Of a DNA stretch of 64,000 nucleotides, positions 50,643 through 60,583 are shown piece after piece. The position numbers and the translations under genes are program-made. A model generated the notes under the pieces. That model did no database searches, was not told where the DNA came from, and worked only from the letters and a program-made list of their open reading frames with translations. Within the stretch, counting starts at the first letter, position 1. Each line of letters opens with the position of its first letter. This DNA is from Terriglobia bacterium (GTDB lineage Bacteria > Acidobacteriota > Terriglobia > JAJPHL01 > JAPKYU01), in assembly GCA_965206645.1 (NCBI GenBank), contig CBDBKE010000003.1, forward strand, positions 96,001 through 160,000, given 5' to 3'.

Positions 50643-50805
50643 GATAATAATGTACGGTAATACCGTTCACCGCGCAAGTCATTTATCGGCCGCCGCCAGG
50701 AAAGCTTGGGAGACTTCGCTCACGATGCAGTTCATGTTCATTCTTCTTGTCGAAAGGATCGGATCGCGGCGGGGATTGCCCCGCCGCTCTCTGATGCGCG
50801 TCGCA

Positions 50806-51054
50806 CTAGGATTCTGCCTGAGGCTCTTCTGCCTGCTGAAGCTCGAAGATACGCGAGTGGGCCTGATCGGCCACTTTGGCAAGCAGCAACAGGTCGTTGC
50901 GACTGAAGCTCTGCGTGTTCTTCCATTCATCGCCGTCCTTGTAGAGACGGGAGAAGGTGACATTGTGCCGCGTGCGGCCTTCGGTTTCGTTCGGCCAAAT
51001 CGCAGCCTTGACGCGACCGATGCGGACTTCAGAGATGGGTTTGGGGTTAGCCAT
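50806..51054 (-). CDS. Small putative ssDNA-binding protein (PC4/SpoVG-like, mobile-element associated)
   Basis: RIGRVKAAIWPN...VTFSRLYKDGDEWKNTQSF...DLL; AGGAGG RBS. Confidence 0.7.
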   Translation of the reverse strand: MANPKPISEVRIGRVKAAIWPNETEGRTRHNVTFSRLYKDGDEWKNTQSFSRNDLLLLAKVADQAHSRIFELQQAEEPQAES

Positions 51055-51731
51055 GATGTGTTTCCTCCTGAAAGTTTAAGGGTTTGTGAGCGTTTCCGCT
51101 CACCCGCAAATGGCGGAAACGGCCAAACCCTGACACGGGAGGAACAGCGCCGACGAAGCCAGTGACGGGCAGGGCCGACAAGGGCAAGAGCGAGTGACAG
51201 ACGCCTGCCAGGCGAGGGGACCGTTCTGGCGCGAGCCTTGCGTCGGAACAAACCGGAATCGGTGAAGGCCAGCGGCTGATGGTGCAACCTCACACCCGTT
51301 CTCCGGTCGTAGGCGGCAAGCCTGCTTGGGGAATCGCAGCCGGGACGGGGCACCTGGAACCGGACGCGCCATGCTCCGGCGAGTGGAACGCAGCGCGAAG
51401 GACGGGAACGGCTCCTTGGCAAAGTGAACGGTGTTGGCCCACAAGCTTCATTTCAGCAGGAGGCCTCGCAAGGGTAACACGCGCATCAGCGAGGGTCATG
51501 TTACCCGCCGCTCGCGATCTTACTTGCAAGCTCCAATATACGGACTTCGATCAAGTGCCCATAGCTCAGCCAACATCTGGCGGCATCCATTCTGGCCCGA
51601 AAGCGGTATATCCCGGGAGTCGGGGGGGGGGCCCCCAGCAAGCATGTCGTCGCGAAGCGACATCATTAGTAGTCCTTCCGCCTGCTGCTCGAACTCGACC
51701 GGTGGATCATAGTTCCGATCGATAATAGCTC

Positions 51732-51760
51732 TTGACACTATTAGTGGATCACACTATAGC
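51732..51760 (+). promoter_or_regulatory. higBA promoter with operator palindrome
   Basis: TTGACA at 51732 followed by TAGTG-GATCA-CACTA and TATAGC. Confidence 0.65.
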
Positions 51761-51766
51761 TGAGAG

Positions 51767-52108
51767 GTGATCCAGAGTTACAAGAACCTCGATACCGAAG
51801 CGGTTGCAAACCGCGAACGGTGCAGGACATTCCCCGCGGACATCCAGCGCCGTGCCCAGGCCAAACTGATGATCTTGAACAACGCCAAGAACTTGAACGA
51901 TCTACGGGTGCCTCCAGGGAACCGTCCGGAGGCGCTCTCAGGCGACCGGAAAGGCCAGCACAGCATCCGCATCAACGATCAGTGGCGGATCTGCTTTTTC
52001 TGGAAGCCAGGGAATGCCTATCAGGTCGAGATGGTGGATTACCATTGGGAGCGCAAGGACCTGAGAGCAAGAAGGAGTCAAAGACATGAGCAGATCAGTG
52101 GCGCGTAG
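51767..52108 (+). CDS. higB: HigB toxin (C-terminally extended)
   Basis: DLRVPPGNR.EALSGDRKGQHSIRINDQWRICF...VDYH, followed by TGG where a stop is usual. Confidence 0.9.
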   Translation: MIQSYKNLDTEAVANRERCRTFPADIQRRAQAKLMILNNAKNLNDLRVPPGNRPEALSGDRKGQHSIRINDQWRICFFWKPGNAYQVEMVDYHWERKDLRARRSQRHEQISGA

Positions 52109-52412
52109 CCGCAAAAAACTACCCCCCATTCACCCCGGTGAGATTCTTAATGAGGAGTTTCTCGGCCCTCTGAAGATCACCCAGTACCGGCTGGCTCAGG
52201 TAATCGGTGTGGATGCTCGCCGGATCCATGCGATCATCCACGGTCAGCGGTCGATCACGGCGGAGACAGCCCTACTGTTCTCGCGCTTCTTTGGCAACTC
52301 TGCAGAGTTCTGGATGGGCCTCCAGAGCCAGTACGACCTGGAGAGGGAACAGGATCGCCTGGCCGACAGGCTCGATCAGGTGCCGGCGCACAGCGTCCAA
52401 GTCACAGCCTGA
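52086..52412 (+). CDS. higA: HigA antitoxin
   Basis: PIHPGEILNEEFL..LKITQYRLA...RSITAETALL...FWMGLQSQYDL. Confidence 0.93.
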   Translation: MSRSVARSRKKLPPIHPGEILNEEFLGPLKITQYRLAQVIGVDARRIHAIIHGQRSITAETALLFSRFFGNSAEFWMGLQSQYDLEREQDRLADRLDQVPAHSVQVTA

Positions 52413-52554
52413 TCCGTCCTCACCCAAGGCCGAGTTCCTGAATGTCCTCTCCATGGGAAAAGGTATTGGTGGTTGCCGGCCCGGTGCCCCCAACTCCCTA
52501 GCAGAGGGTCCACTACGAAGTGCTACCGTTCGACTGAATAACGGCGGAGGATGG

Positions 52555-52705
52555 ATCGTTTCATCGCATGATACGGTCGGGTCGCAGCCATGCCGGACAG
52601 GGGGTCTGCTCTGACTTGGGCCAGGATCGCACATCCATCCCTTCTGAGGATGGAAACGGACGTATCGGCCGAGCCTTGGCGGAAAAAGCGCTTGCCCAAT
52701 CACTC
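52555..52705 (+). pseudogene. Fic-domain remnant
   Basis: IHPF then shifted EDGNGRIGRALAEKALAQS (HPFxDGNGR motif broken). Confidence 0.7.
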
Positions 52706-53089
52706 GTGGGTTGTGGGGGAAAGGAGAAATTGACGCCTCCGGATAAATGATTTGCAAAGGCGAAGAAGAAAATAGGGAGCGGCCACTACAGCTTCGTTGT
52801 GGACCCCGAAGCAGAGGGTGGTGGGTTAGGGAAAGTAGTTCCCCCGGCTCGACAAAGCGCGGCCTAACGAGGAGCCGGGCTATTGCAGATCAAAAACCAT
52901 TACTGCAACAACGTGCTGCACAGCCCGTAGAGCATGACCGTGGCAGCAACGACTGTCAAGAAACTGTCAGGAAACTCGCCCATCAAGAGGGCTAGGCGTA
53001 GGCGTTGCGAGCGAAAGCAGACGCCCTGAAGTTGTGTAAGAGCAACGAGAGGAAGGAGTTGGTGGAAAACCGTGGAAGACGCCAGCCTG

Positions 53090-53993
53090 ATCGACAATCA
53101 GATGATCTTCGCTGACCGCCACCTCCGCCGTGTAACCCAGCGTGAATCCCTTGCGGTCGCGCAAGAACCGGCTGTCGGGATCGGTTTCCAAACGCCGCTT
53201 CAGCCCGCTTTTGCGCAACCGCTCCAGGCATCGCGGGATTTCTTCCAGCCGCTTCTCCAGCGCTGCCATCTGCTTGCCGCTCAGTTGCCGGCCAGCCGCT
53301 TCCTCGCAGGACTGCGCGTCACATTGTTTCTGCCAGCGACGAATCTGCCGCCGAATTTTGGCTCGCTCTGCCCGCAACTTGGCCACCGTCTCCACCCGGT
53401 CCCGCGAGGCGTTGGCCGCCACCCGCGTCGAGTCCATGGCCACGTGTCCCAGCCGCCCCATTCCCAGCGACCGCGCCAACTCCACCACCTGTGTGAACAG
53501 ATCGTTCAGGGCACGGGCGTGCCGCGTCCGAAACTGGTTCAGCGTCCAAAAGTCCGGCCCCGCTCCGGCCGCCAGATAACGGAACGCCAGGTCCTCCCGC
53601 ACCCGCTGTTCCAGACGGCGGGCCGAGGTCACGCCCAGCGCGTAGGCATACAGCCACACCTTCAGCAACAGCGCCGGATGATAGGCCGGGCGGCCTTCTT
53701 CCACCTAGCCCTGCTCAAACGCACTCAGTTCCAGCCGCTCCACAACTCGGTGCACAAAAAAACAGATGTGATCTTCTCCAGCACCTCCCGCACGCTGGGC
53801 GGCAGCAGATACGCTTGCTCCGGGTTGTAGGTCAAGAATTTCATCGCGCCTCCTTAAGGCGCATTATGACCAGCACCTCCCGCACGCTGGGCGGCAGCAG
53901 ATACGCTTGCTCCGGGTTGTAGGTCAAGAATTTCATCGCGCCTCCTTAAGGCGCATTATACGTGACTCGTAAAAGCGGTTTTCACACAGACTC
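53090..53993 (-). mobile_element. IS1182-family element, truncated and frameshifted
   Basis: MKFLTYNPEQAYLLPPS; GRPAYHP.LLLKVWLYAY..GVTSARRLE; PDFWTL; DST; TDPDSR; end GAGTCTGTGTGAAAAC. Confidence 0.85.
53778..53959. repeat. 90-bp direct duplication covering the IS1182 transposase start and RBS
   Basis: Copies at 53778-53867 and 53870-53959. Confidence 0.9.
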
Positions 53994-53994
53994 T

Positions 53995-54087
53995 ATAACC
54001 CTGTCTTAGTCTTAAAACCAGTTTCACAGCCCCAGGCTGTGATGTAAACTCTCTCACACCGACTGGTACAAAAAATCGGTCCGGTCA
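53995..54087 (+). mobile_element. IS3 right-end remnant (relative of 48414-49663)
   Basis: LKPVSQPQAVM* then TGGTACAAAAAATCGGTCCGGTCA. Confidence 0.85.
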
Positions 54088-54125
54088 ACCTGGCAACTTG
54101 AAATCGGAGTAAGGAGCCATCGCTT

Positions 54126-54839
54126 ATGAACAACGGAAAAAGCCTGGAGCTGCGCTTCCGCGAGCAACTTGGTTTAGCCAAACGGCCGGTGGCCGTAAGT
54201 TTCCTACCAGAGGAGCCGACGCAGCTTCTCCGCTTCAGCGGGAGTGAGCCCTCGGGGTGCAGCTTCTGGCGCCTGGCTGCCGAGGGGCGCACCTTTTACA
54301 CGGTCCCGGCGGACCATTACAACTGTGCGGTGGGCAGCTACACCCATAACTTGGCGCTTCCGCCGGAGCGCGCCCGGGAACTGGACGAAACGCTAGGCCT
54401 GATGACATCGGTGGGCTACCTGAGCCTGGACGAGGTTCCAGGGATTCCGCGTTTACCCCGGACGCCGGCGGCGGTCCTCTATTCGCCGCTGGCCGACGCG
54501 CCTGTGGCACCCCAGGTGGTCCTGTTCGCCTGCCGGCCGGCGGCCGCCATGTTGCTCAGCGAAGCGGCGGCGCGCGCCGGTGCGAACTCTTCGCTGCCGG
54601 CGCTGGGACGGCCCACCTGCATGGCCCTGCCTGCCGCGCTTTCCGCAGGCGGCGCGGTCACCAGCCTCGGCTGCATCGGGAATCGGGTGTACACCGGGTT
54701 GAGCGAAGATGAGTTGTACGTGGTGATTCCCGGTCCCGCCCTGGGTGGCATTGCCGACGCCCTGGAAACCATCGTCTCCGCCAACCGGCATCTTGCTACC
54801 TATGCCGAGGATCGCCGCCGCGCACTGGCCTCGGAGTAA
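54126..54839 (+). CDS. DUF169-family protein
   Basis: PVAVSF, GCSFW, HYNCAVG, GRPTC, SLGCIGNRVYTGLSEDEL. Confidence 0.85.
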   Translation: MNNGKSLELRFREQLGLAKRPVAVSFLPEEPTQLLRFSGSEPSGCSFWRLAAEGRTFYTVPADHYNCAVGSYTHNLALPPERARELDETLGLMTSVGYLSLDEVPGIPRLPRTPAAVLYSPLADAPVAPQVVLFACRPAAAMLLSEAAARAGANSSLPALGRPTCMALPAALSAGGAVTSLGCIGNRVYTGLSEDELYVVIPGPALGGIADALETIVSANRHLATYAEDRRRALASE

Positions 54840-54944
54840 CTGGCTAGCGGGGGCCTACCGAGGTCACGCCCGAAGGTCCCCACGTAGCGGTGGCGGTGTG
54901 GCCTCAACCGCCACTGATGCCAGGAACAATATGAATCTGTGATA

Positions 54945-55065
54945 AGCCCATCCGGCGCTATCACGTGACGGACGCGGCTGTGCACGACAGCCAGGTGGTG
55001 GAAGACATTCTCGATCCCGACAACACAGCCGCGGACGCATGGGCGGACAGCGTCTACCAGTCGGC
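54945..55065 (+). pseudogene. IS5-like transposase fragment
   Basis: IRRYHVTDAAVHDSQVVEDILDPDNTAADAWADSVYQS. Confidence 0.65.
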
Positions 55066-55067
55066 GG

Positions 55068-55195
55068 GGCTTTGTCAAGTTAAGGCAGAATCAGGCACAA
55101 TTGGCGGATGAAATCACAATATCGAGGGGCATCGCTTTCCAGCTGAAATCATCAGTCACGCCGTCTGGCTGTACCATCGGTTCACGATGAGCTTA
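55068..55195 (+). mobile_element. IS6 left-end remnant
   Basis: GGCTTTGTCAAGTT then MKSQYRGHRFPAEIISHAVWLYHRFTMS, cut by an IS3 end. Confidence 0.85.
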
Positions 55196-55550
55196 TGACG
55201 TGACCGGGTTTTTTTGTACCAGGTGAAATGAGAGAGAATTCACCTGAGAAGGAGCCGCGATCATGTCGACGAAGAGGTCTAAGCCGGAGCAGGTTGTAAA
55301 CCTCCTCCGGCAGATCGAAGTGGAGACTGCCAACGGGAAGACCACGCCGCAAGCCTGCCGGGATGCTCAGATCACGGTGCAGACCTACTATCGCTGGCGG
55401 AAGGAGTTTGGCGGGCTGAAGCTAGACCAAGCGAAGCGGCTGAAGCGGTTGCTGGCGGAGCTTTCCGTGGAGAAGCAGGTTTTGCGGGATGTGTGGCGCA
55501 GGGAAACTTCTGAGCCCTGAGCGGCGGCGTTGTGCGGTGGAGCGGGCCGG
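55196..55550 (+). mobile_element. IS3 left-end remnant with OrfA
   Basis: TGACGTGACCGG...TTTGTACCA; OrfA 55263-55520 homologous to 49318-49596 with an internal deletion. Confidence 0.85.
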
Positions 55551-55635
55551 GCTCCGCCCTTGACACCGTTTCCACTAGCCCTGATAATCTCCCCATGTAT
55601 CCGCAATTCCGTTTCCTAGGCAAGGAGGAGCAATA

Positions 55636-55953
55636 ATGGGGCTAGTGGGCAAGTTCTCTTTTATCGTCGGACTGGTGATTGCTGTGGCTGGAGGCTTAGG
55701 CTTTGAACAGGCTTGGTTTGGCTGGGTACTTGCAGTACTCGGCCTGATCGTCGGATTCTTGAATATCAGCAACAAGGAGGGTCAGACCTTCCTCTTAGCG
55801 GCGATAGCGCTGATCGTAGCGGCCAACGCCGTCGGAGCGATCCCCTACGTCGGGGAGGGGACGACCCGGATCATCGCAAATCTCGTGCTCTTCCTGGGGG
55901 GCGCGGTCTTGGTCGTAGCGGTTAAGAGTCTGTTCGCGGTAGCGAGAGACTGA
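55636..55953 (+). CDS. Small four-helix membrane protein
   Basis: LGLIVGFLNI..KE..FLLAAIAL; AAGGAGG RBS. Confidence 0.8.
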   Translation: MGLVGKFSFIVGLVIAVAGGLGFEQAWFGWVLAVLGLIVGFLNISNKEGQTFLLAAIALIVAANAVGAIPYVGEGTTRIIANLVLFLGGAVLVVAVKSLFAVARD

Positions 55954-56251
55954 AGTCGCTCTGACGCGGGCGTCATCGAGTCCGGAAAGCTTTCTCGCGA
56001 AAGCGGCGTTCTCACCGAGTCGCTTCCAGCGCCGCCTGAGCCGCGGTGTCCTGGTCATTTGTGGAGGCGTGTGCGGAACCGATTAGCGCTGCACAAAGGT
56101 ATCGCCAAGCGAATCAATACTGCGACACCGTTTCGCAACGACGAAGTCCTTGAAAACCCGTCTGGGCCGGATCGTTGCGTAACCGCTCGTTTTGTGCAGT
56201 ATCTCCGGCCTTCTCCCCAAACGACCGGTAGTGTCTCAGTAGGTACCAGAC

Positions 56252-56729
56252 TCATTCGTCGAACTTGATCTGGTCGGAGTTCTGAAATTCGGCGAGGCCG
56301 CGAACCCGGCGGAAAAGTGACAGCAGGATCTTCATTTGAACAACCGGATTGTCGGTGAGCCGACGGAGATCATCCATACCCTTGAAACCCATCGCAGTGC
56401 CCAGACGTTTAGCGGCGTCTTCCGCAAACTTGAGTTCTTCGAGATTCAGTTCAAGATCGGCCCGCCGGCGAAGCAACTTTCGCTCTCGAGCATGCGTGGA
56501 GATCTGATGGTACGTCTGGTCCGCTTGCCTGATGCTAGTGCAGACATGTCGAACGAGCGCGCTGATCGCCAATGCACTTGAGAGGAAAACCCCAAAATCG
56601 ATGTAGCCTGGAGACTCGTATTTGATAGCGACGATGCGAGGTCGATATTCCTCCGGGACCGAGACTCGAAGGGATTCGTAGAAACCGACGGCACTCCACC
56701 CACCGGCCCACGGAAACACTTCGAACGCG
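56252..56729 (-). pseudogene. Hypothetical protein, 5' end cut by the IS at 56730
   Basis: Coding-like FPWAGGWSAVGFY...IKYESPGYIDF reading frame is open up to the IS end. Confidence 0.55.
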
Positions 56730-58098
56730 TGTCCCTGGCGAATTGCTAGTTTACGGCCTAATTCCTGGGTTTAGCGGTTCTTGCTAAGATGCTGAGATGC
56801 GCAATCTCGTTATCCTTTTAGTCCATGTCATGGCTACTCTTACCCGGTTCTTGGGTCCGGGTGGCATTCGCTCTGTGATCGCCGAGTCCGTTCTCGCCAA
56901 GCAACAACTCCTGATCCTCAATCGTTCGCGACAGCGGTCACCCAATCTACGCACTTCAGATCGCCTAGTCGCCGGCCTGTGTGCTCTCCTCATCTGCCCC
57001 GCCCGCCTGATCCGCTCAGCAATCGTGCTGAAACCTTCGACTCTCTTGAACTTCCACCAGGTTATGAGGAATCGAAAATATCGCCTGCTCTTCTCCTCCA
57101 AGTACAGAGGTAAGCCCGGACCAAAGGGGCCCAACAAAGAACTCATTGAAGCCGTCGTCCAGATGAAGCAACGCAATCCCGCCTGGGGCTGTCCGCGAAT
57201 TGCTAAACAGATTGCCTTGGCTTTCGACATCCCCATCGACAAAGACGTTGTTCGAAGGATTCTCGCCAGCCACTATCGGCCGAAAAAGGACTCCGGTGGT
57301 CCATCCTGGCTGACCCTCATTGGCCACATGAAGGACAGCCTCTGGAGTATAGATCTGTTCCGGTGCGAATCGGCCACGTTGCGGACCCACTGGGTCTTGG
57401 TCGTCATGGATCAATACACCCGCCGGATCATTGGGTTCGGCGTCCACGCCGGAACTGTCAATGGCGTCGCACTTTGCCGCATGTTCAACCGCGCCATTCG
57501 ATGGCAACCCTGTATGCCCAACTACCTCAGCTCCGACCATGATCCCCTGTATCGGTTTGGGCAGTGGCAAGCCAATCTGCGGATCCTGGAAGTGACCGAA
57601 ATCAAAACCGTCCCCTATGTTCCCCTGTCCCATTCCTTTGTGGAACGGCTGATCGGCACGATTCGACGCGAGTATTTAGATCGCACGTTGTTCTGGACGA
57701 CGGCGGACCTGGAGAACAAGCTGCTCGATTTCAGGACATATTTCAATGCGTATCGCTCGCACACTGGACTGGAAGGGAGAACGCCTGATCCAGTCACGCC
57801 TATACCACGACCAGTCGCCAGGCTCCATTCCTATGGATGGCAACGCCACTGCAGAGGCCTCTATCACACCCCAATGGCTGCCTGATTCTCCAAAGACTGG
57901 TGCTCCCTGTGGTAACCGGCGGACATCGGCAGGCGGGCACTTCCTACGAAACCATTCGCTCTTTGAGTTTGTCAACGCGGAGCGGTTGTCTGATCTGATT
58001 GTTTCGCTGCTACCGAGGGTACTCCGCCAGTGTGCACTCGCCTAATTGGGGCAGCGGTCACGGGTAGAATCGCTCAACATATCAATTCGCAATGGACA
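56730..58098 (+). mobile_element. IS with rve integrase-core transposase (IS481/IS3-like), TGT...ACA ends
   Basis: IRs TGTCCCTGGCGAATTG / CAATTCGCAATGGACA; CDS 56797-57885 (NPAWGCPRI, SIDLF, SDHD, VERLIGTIRRE, RSHTGL). Confidence 0.88.
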
Positions 58099-58174
58099 GG
58101 CCTGCCACCCGCTACAAAACCCGCTACATCAAAAGGTCTGGTGTCGAAGAAACATAGCTAACTTATTGAAATAA

Positions 58175-58249
58175 TGGAGCCGACGGGGGGACTTGAACCC
58201 CCAACCCCCTGATTACGAATCAGGTGCTCTACCATTGAGCTACATCGGC
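58175..58249 (-). tRNA. tRNA-Thr(CGT)
   Basis: GCCGATGTAGCTCAATGGTAGAGCACCTGATTCGTAATCAGG...GGTTCAAGTCC...CGTCGGCTCCA; anticodon CGT, encoded CCA; own promoter TGGACA-18-TATGAT at 58288-58259. Confidence 0.96.
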
Positions 58250-58321
58250 ACTGAAGTCATCATAGCAGCGCGCCGCAACGGCTGTCCACGGCGGGCGCTG
58301 AGGATCGTCAGCTGGACCGGA

Positions 58322-59236
58322 TCAGTGAGGCGAGTCCCAGCGGAGGCCGACCGCATAAGCCATCGCATAGTGGAGCGTGTCATGGAATGCGGGCGACAGG
58401 TCGGTCAGTACGCGGCCGTACCACCGACGGGGTCGGCCGGGAGAGCGAAAGCAGGAGCCAGGCTGCAGCATCACTAACCGGCCCTTGAAGGGCATCGAGT
58501 CGGCGGCACGCGCGGAGCCTAGCCGCGGATACTTGACCAGCGTGTTCCACCAGCCGTCGGTCGGATCGCTCTCGTCCGGGACGAAGTGGCTGAGGCTGAC
58601 GAAGGCGTTTTCGAACGGGAGCGGTTCCAGCCAGTCGCAGGTTTCGGCCGGCCCCAGTACTTCGAAAGCGCCTCGACCGATCGCGCGGCGCTTCCCGAAC
58701 CCGGAGCGCCCCAGAGAGCGCAACAGCGTGCCCAGCCGCTCTAGCCACTCCTCGTCAGCGCGGACGTAAAGTGACACGAAGCGCTCCTCCTGCGGGACCT
58801 CAGGAAGCCAAGTGTACTCTTCGGTTGCAAACGGGACGGGACCAGCGCCGTCACGCGGAATCGACGCGTGCGTGGGGCGCAGGGTGAGCCACCAGTGCTG
58901 CCGCGGCAGCTCTGGTGGATAGCGTTGACCCTCCCGGACGGCCACGAACTGCTCGCGAGTGAGCCAGCGCGCCGACTGCCATTCGTTCGCTTCAGCAGCC
59001 GCGCCGGCGTTACCGTCGGGAACCGCACATAGCGGGCGCGGCAGCAGGTCGGCGGGAGCGGCGTCGGAGAGCAAGAAGGGCGGGGGCCCCTGGCGGAACC
59101 GTCCGAGCAAGCGGCTGAGGGCGCCTTCTCCGGCGCTGTGGGCCAATTCCCAACACAGCGCGCCGAACAGTGTATCAGCCTGCCAGGGTGTAGCCCAAGG
59201 AGCCAGTGGCCGAAGGCAGAAGCGCGCCGATTTCAT
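58322..59236 (-). CDS. csm4: Type III-A RAMP Csm4 (Cas5 group)
   Basis: TPWQADTLFGALCW, PFLLSDAAP..LLPRP, GFGKRRAIGRGAF, SLSHFVP, PGSCF, HYA.AY. Confidence 0.88.
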   Translation of the reverse strand: MKSARFCLRPLAPWATPWQADTLFGALCWELAHSAGEGALSRLLGRFRQGPPPFLLSDAAPADLLPRPLCAVPDGNAGAAAEANEWQSARWLTREQFVAVREGQRYPPELPRQHWWLTLRPTHASIPRDGAGPVPFATEEYTWLPEVPQEERFVSLYVRADEEWLERLGTLLRSLGRSGFGKRRAIGRGAFEVLGPAETCDWLEPLPFENAFVSLSHFVPDESDPTDGWWNTLVKYPRLGSARAADSMPFKGRLVMLQPGSCFRSPGRPRRWYGRVLTDLSPAFHDTLHYAMAYAVGLRWDSPH

Positions 59237-59315
59237 AAGAATAGGGCAGGCACTTCCGCCTGCCCAAAGATGCACTGGGGCTGTCGAGCTTTGCTAGTTG
59301 GCGGCAAGGGCGGCT

Positions 59316-60434
59316 TCATCCGGGAAGTTCGGGTGGCTGAGGCGAGACAGGAGGGTCGGCGGCGGTAGCGGAGCGGTCTTCCTTTGTCGAACGGATAACA
59401 CCCGACTCATCCGTAAAGAAACTACGAGTGCCCGTCTTCCTGTATTCGATCGGACTCGCAGAGACTTGGTAGGCGTCCAGAGTGCCATCGCCGTCATTGT
59501 CACTGGCCACGTGCTCGAAAACGTAGCAGTCCTTTCGTCCGCCAGCTAGGTCGGCAAACAGCAAGTCTGCCCCATCGGGCCCCGGTTCGGTCAGCGCAGC
59601 CGGGACACCACGCGAATATGTGGACATGTAGGTTATGCAGGTAATGTTAGTGACTCGCAGGTTGCCGACAGCCATAACTTCGTTGGATGGTATCCCCAGC
59701 TCGGGGAACTCTTCCACCAGCTCTTGGAATACCAAACCAGCTATCGGCCGGAGCCGCGCGGCAACGACAGGAAGCGACTCCGAAATAAGCCGTGGTTGCA
59801 CTTTGACAAAGCTTTGGCCGACAGGGGATTCGTAAAACTCGGCAAGGGTTTTGATTTCCTCGGCGGTGAGGTGCTTGTCATATATGGAAATCAGAACGTC
59901 ATGAATCACGGCGAACAACTGTGGGGTGAGCTTTTGGTAAAAGGCGCTCATTATTTCCTCGGCTCGTCCGGGCGAAATATACTTCTGTAGACGCTGCTTT
60001 AGTGACTCGCCTGTGTACTTAGATAACTCCTGCATCATGCCCGCAAACTGTTGTTCGCCGCCGGGCGCATTTATCAGACGACGGATGTCGGCTTCTTTGG
60101 AAGGGCTGACTTCCCGTTGTGATGAGGCATCAACACTTTTCCGGGCGTCAGGCTCCGCCGCCACGGTGGCCTGTGCGCGCGCATATTCCTGGGCTCCAGC
60201 CTTCTTTAGCAGTTCAACGGCGCCGGTGAGGTCTTTACTCACCGCGAGGCTTAAGGCTGTCCGTCCCTTCTTGTCTTTTGCATTGACGTCGGCACCGTTA
60301 GCCAACGAAGCCTTGACGGCAGCGGTGTCACCCTTCTTTGCCGCCTCAATCAAGTCTTGATTGATATCTCCGGCATTGGCCAAGAGCGGAATCAGCAGGG
60401 CAATCAGCGAAAGTGCAATCCGTGTAGGTGTCAT
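59316..60434 (-). CDS. Secreted chimera: ankyrin repeats + DUF2059-like + pilin-like C-terminal domain
   Basis: Signal peptide; LIEAAKKGD...GADVNAKDKKGRTAL; IYDKHLTAEEIKTLAEFYESPVGQ; NEVMAVGNLR...TGTRSFFTDESGVIR; own promoter TTGACT-17-TAGCAT at 60532-60504. Confidence 0.75.
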   Translation of the reverse strand: MTPTRIALSLIALLIPLLANAGDINQDLIEAAKKGDTAAVKASLANGADVNAKDKKGRTALSLAVSKDLTGAVELLKKAGAQEYARAQATVAAEPDARKSVDASSQREVSPSKEADIRRLINAPGGEQQFAGMMQELSKYTGESLKQRLQKYISPGRAEEIMSAFYQKLTPQLFAVIHDVLISIYDKHLTAEEIKTLAEFYESPVGQSFVKVQPRLISESLPVVAARLRPIAGLVFQELVEEFPELGIPSNEVMAVGNLRVTNITCITYMSTYSRGVPAALTEPGPDGADLLFADLAGGRKDCYVFEHVASDNDGDGTLDAYQVSASPIEYRKTGTRSFFTDESGVIRSTKEDRSATAADPPVSPQPPELPG

Positions 60435-60583
60435 ACTTGCGCCCCTTTGCCGACTGTACATGAGAGTCTGGCCAATCATTGGAAGGGCCCCTTTTTACCG
60501 CCCATGCTACGCCCCGGCCGCAGGCGAGTCAACGCGACGACCCGGCCGGTCGCGCCGGTGGTCTTTTGCCTGCCGCACTTAGT

